Below are positions 33,433-35,731 of a DNA stretch of 35,731 nt, one piece after another. The notes under the pieces were generated by a model. It was not told the DNA's origin. It saw only the letters and a list, made by a program, of their open reading frames with translations, and did no database searches. This DNA comes from Callorhinchus milii (taxonomy: Eukaryota), in assembly GCF_018977255.1 (NCBI RefSeq), contig NW_024705540.1, positions 1 through 35,731 of the forward strand, in the 5' to 3' direction. The translations under genes and the position numbers were made by a program. Position 1 is the stretch's first letter; the number at the start of each line of letters is the position of its first letter.

Positions 33433-34337
33433 TTAATTTACTAACGATTTTGATCCTCTCCCGAGGAAAGTGCGGACTGTCCAAATGTATCACCCGCTAC
33501 CTGGTGGCCATGGCAGCGGCGGATCTGTCAGTCATTGTCTCCGAAGTAATCCTGAAACAGATTGGTGAGATTTATTTAGATACCTCATATTTGCTCTGCA
33601 CTCCTGTCTGCAGCTTCATTCATGTCATTTCTGCAGCCGCCGTGGACTCTGCTGTGTGGCTAACCGTGGCTTTCACTTTTGATCGCTTTGTGGCCCTCTG
33701 TTGTCAGAAACTGAAACAAAAATACTGCACTGAAAAAACAGCGTCTGTGGTTATAGGAACTTTAAGTGCGCTTCTCTGCTTGGAAAATATTCCCTTTTAT
33801 TTTACATTCCACAGATACCGTAACATTCATAACTTGCCCTGGGGCTGCCTTGTCAAACCAAACCTTCTCTATCATGCCGCGTGGATTACATTTTATTGGC
33901 TTGAACAGATTTTGGTCCCTTTGTTCCCATTCGTGTTGATTTTGCTGCTCAACGCTCTGACCGTCAGACATATTCTTGTGGCGAGTCGAGTCCGCACCAG
34001 ACTGCGGGGTTCGAGCAGCAGCGCTGATCATCGCAATGATACGCAAATGGAGAACAGAAAGAAATCCATCATTTTGCTCTTCACTATATCACTCAGTTTT
34101 ATATTGTTGTGGGTGACATCTGTTGCACATTACATACAATACAGAGTTAAAGGTTTCTACAAGTCCAGAGGCTTTTTTAACCCTTTGAGGATGTTTGAAG
34201 AAGCAGGTTTTATGCTTCAGCTGCTGAGTTGCTGCACAAACACAGCCATCTATTCGGTCACTCAGACGAAATTCAGAGAGGAGCTGAAGAATGCAATCAA
34301 ATATCCTTTCAAAATATTTAATAAATGTTTTAAATAG
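33433..34337 (+). CDS. GPR139-like gene 4, coding exon 2 (full CDS join 32867..32939 + 33433..34337, 325 aa)
   Basis: Polypyrimidine tract plus ttgcAG|TTAAT at 33431-33432. Full 7TM motif set, TAG at 34335-34337, 978 nt total. Confidence 0.94.
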
Positions 34338-35441
34338 TGCAAAGGGAGAAGATAAACAGGTGCACCCGTTACACCAGAAAAAACACACTGTTCACCCATA
34401 TGTTTATAATACTATTTGGTATACGGATTATCCTGGAACTCGAAGTTGATAAAAATATGTGTTGTGTCATATCATGGTTCTGTTAAATGTTCTCACCTGC
34501 ACCCCTTCAAATCTGTCCCCGTTGTTGTGATCAGAAATGTGAAAACTTTTAATTATTGCTTCAATTAAGATATTTTACGTTTGTTAGTTATTTAATACGA
34601 AAGTGACATGCTGTACTTCAGAATAGTTTTATAATATTATCAATTGTCACCCTGCTGTTGTAACCCGCTTAAATTAATCGTTGAGAACCTCTACCTATTT
34701 TTCCATCTATTAAATAAATAAGTTATAAAGCATAAAATAACGATGACATTATTTCCTCTGATTTCGGGTTCCGTCTTTTTATTTATAATAATAAAGAAAC
34801 AGTGTTTGTCTGTGTGCCTGTCCGCAAGTCCGCAATAACCGATTCATTGGTTTATTTTTATTAAGGGATCTTCCATTGTTGATGAGCTATATTAATGTTT
34901 TTTATGATTAAGCCGCAAAAAAATGCGTTTTGCGTGGTAATCTGCAACAAACCAGCGACAGAGAAAATCTAACTTTCTTCCAGAAAGATACATCTCTACT
35001 AATAAAGACGAAACGGCTTTCTGACTCTCTATCCACCAATAAGACAAAAACATATTTAAGTTCACTCATGATTTACAGAACATTGGAACGGTTTAATTAA
35101 TTTTAATTGTGGAATTAAAATGGGCATATTCGATGGGGAGTGTCTGATCTATGAACTAAAAAAGCTCACATCACACATGTAAGGCAGTATTGCTGAAGGT
35201 GTATACACAGTGTTTATGCATCTAACTGATTTGTGAGACATATTATTGAAATTTACTTTCCATACTGGATCCATTGGTTTGCAAGCTTAGCTCCAAAGGG
35301 CACAGCTAGTTTTGAATAAACAGATTTAAATACTCTTTTCTCGCAGCAAAGATATTTCAACACAGGGATGAGTTCGCTCATCTCAGGTCAGTCAAACTCA
35401 CGTCAAATGCATGGCATGGGCATTGCTGGACACTGAAATTT

Positions 35442-35731
35442 TAATAATAATAATCATCCTTGCATTTGATATAGCGCTTATCGCGTCTTCTTGACGTCCC
35501 AAGACGCATCACTAAATAATAAAAAATAATGCTAATAATAATAATAATAATCCTTGTATTTGATATAGCGCTTTTCACGTTTTCTAGATGTCCAAAGGCG
35601 CTTCACAGAATACACTGTACAGTGAATTGACTGTATATTTGTGGACGAAAGCGGCAGCCAATTGCGCAGAGCAATGTCCCACAAACAGGCCTCCGGCTTG
35701 CAAAGCAAGTGCTCTCACCACTGAGCTACAG
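35442..35731 (-). mobile_element. Internally deleted, double-tailed SINE (third paralog)
   Basis: Reverse complement of the 8242-8540 structure, including the head/body fusion near 35690. Confidence 0.87.

Larger units (their letters stand above)
33240..35731. repeat. Segmental duplication copy C, inverted (gene 4 and 3' flank); continues past the window end
   Basis: Reverse complement is colinear with 8250-10800 and 20420-23340. Confidence 0.92.

Overview
Vertebrate (non-prokaryotic) genomic DNA, most likely from a cartilaginous fish. A holocephalan such as the elephant shark is my inference from the SINE family and the gene family. The window holds a cluster of four paralogous class A GPCR genes of the GPR139/GPR142-like type. 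Gene 1 is complement(join(259..1154,2454..2523)), 321 aa. Gene 2 has only exon 2, complement(9721..10625); its exon 1 was deleted at a visible junction near 10800. Gene 3 is complement(join(21936..22840,23619..23691)), 325 aa. Gene 4 is join(32867..32939,33433..34337), 325 aa, and is inverted. The gene starts in the ORF track are splicing artefacts: each complete gene has a 70-73 nt first exon and a phase-1 intron inside TM1. Genes 2-4 lie in multi-kb duplicated blocks with patchwork identity, and gene 3 has a strongly diverged second extracellular loop. Intergenic DNA contains tRNA-headed SINEs with a DeuSINE/L2-type tail, L2 and CR1 LINE fragments, a 20-bp minisatellite, an older gene-less duplication and four degenerate tRNA genes. 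Three of these (one Arg-TCG, two paralogous Pro-TGG) carry intron-like inserts right after the anticodon. There is a 30-N gap at 18614-18643. All alignments and counts were done by eye; no searches were run.
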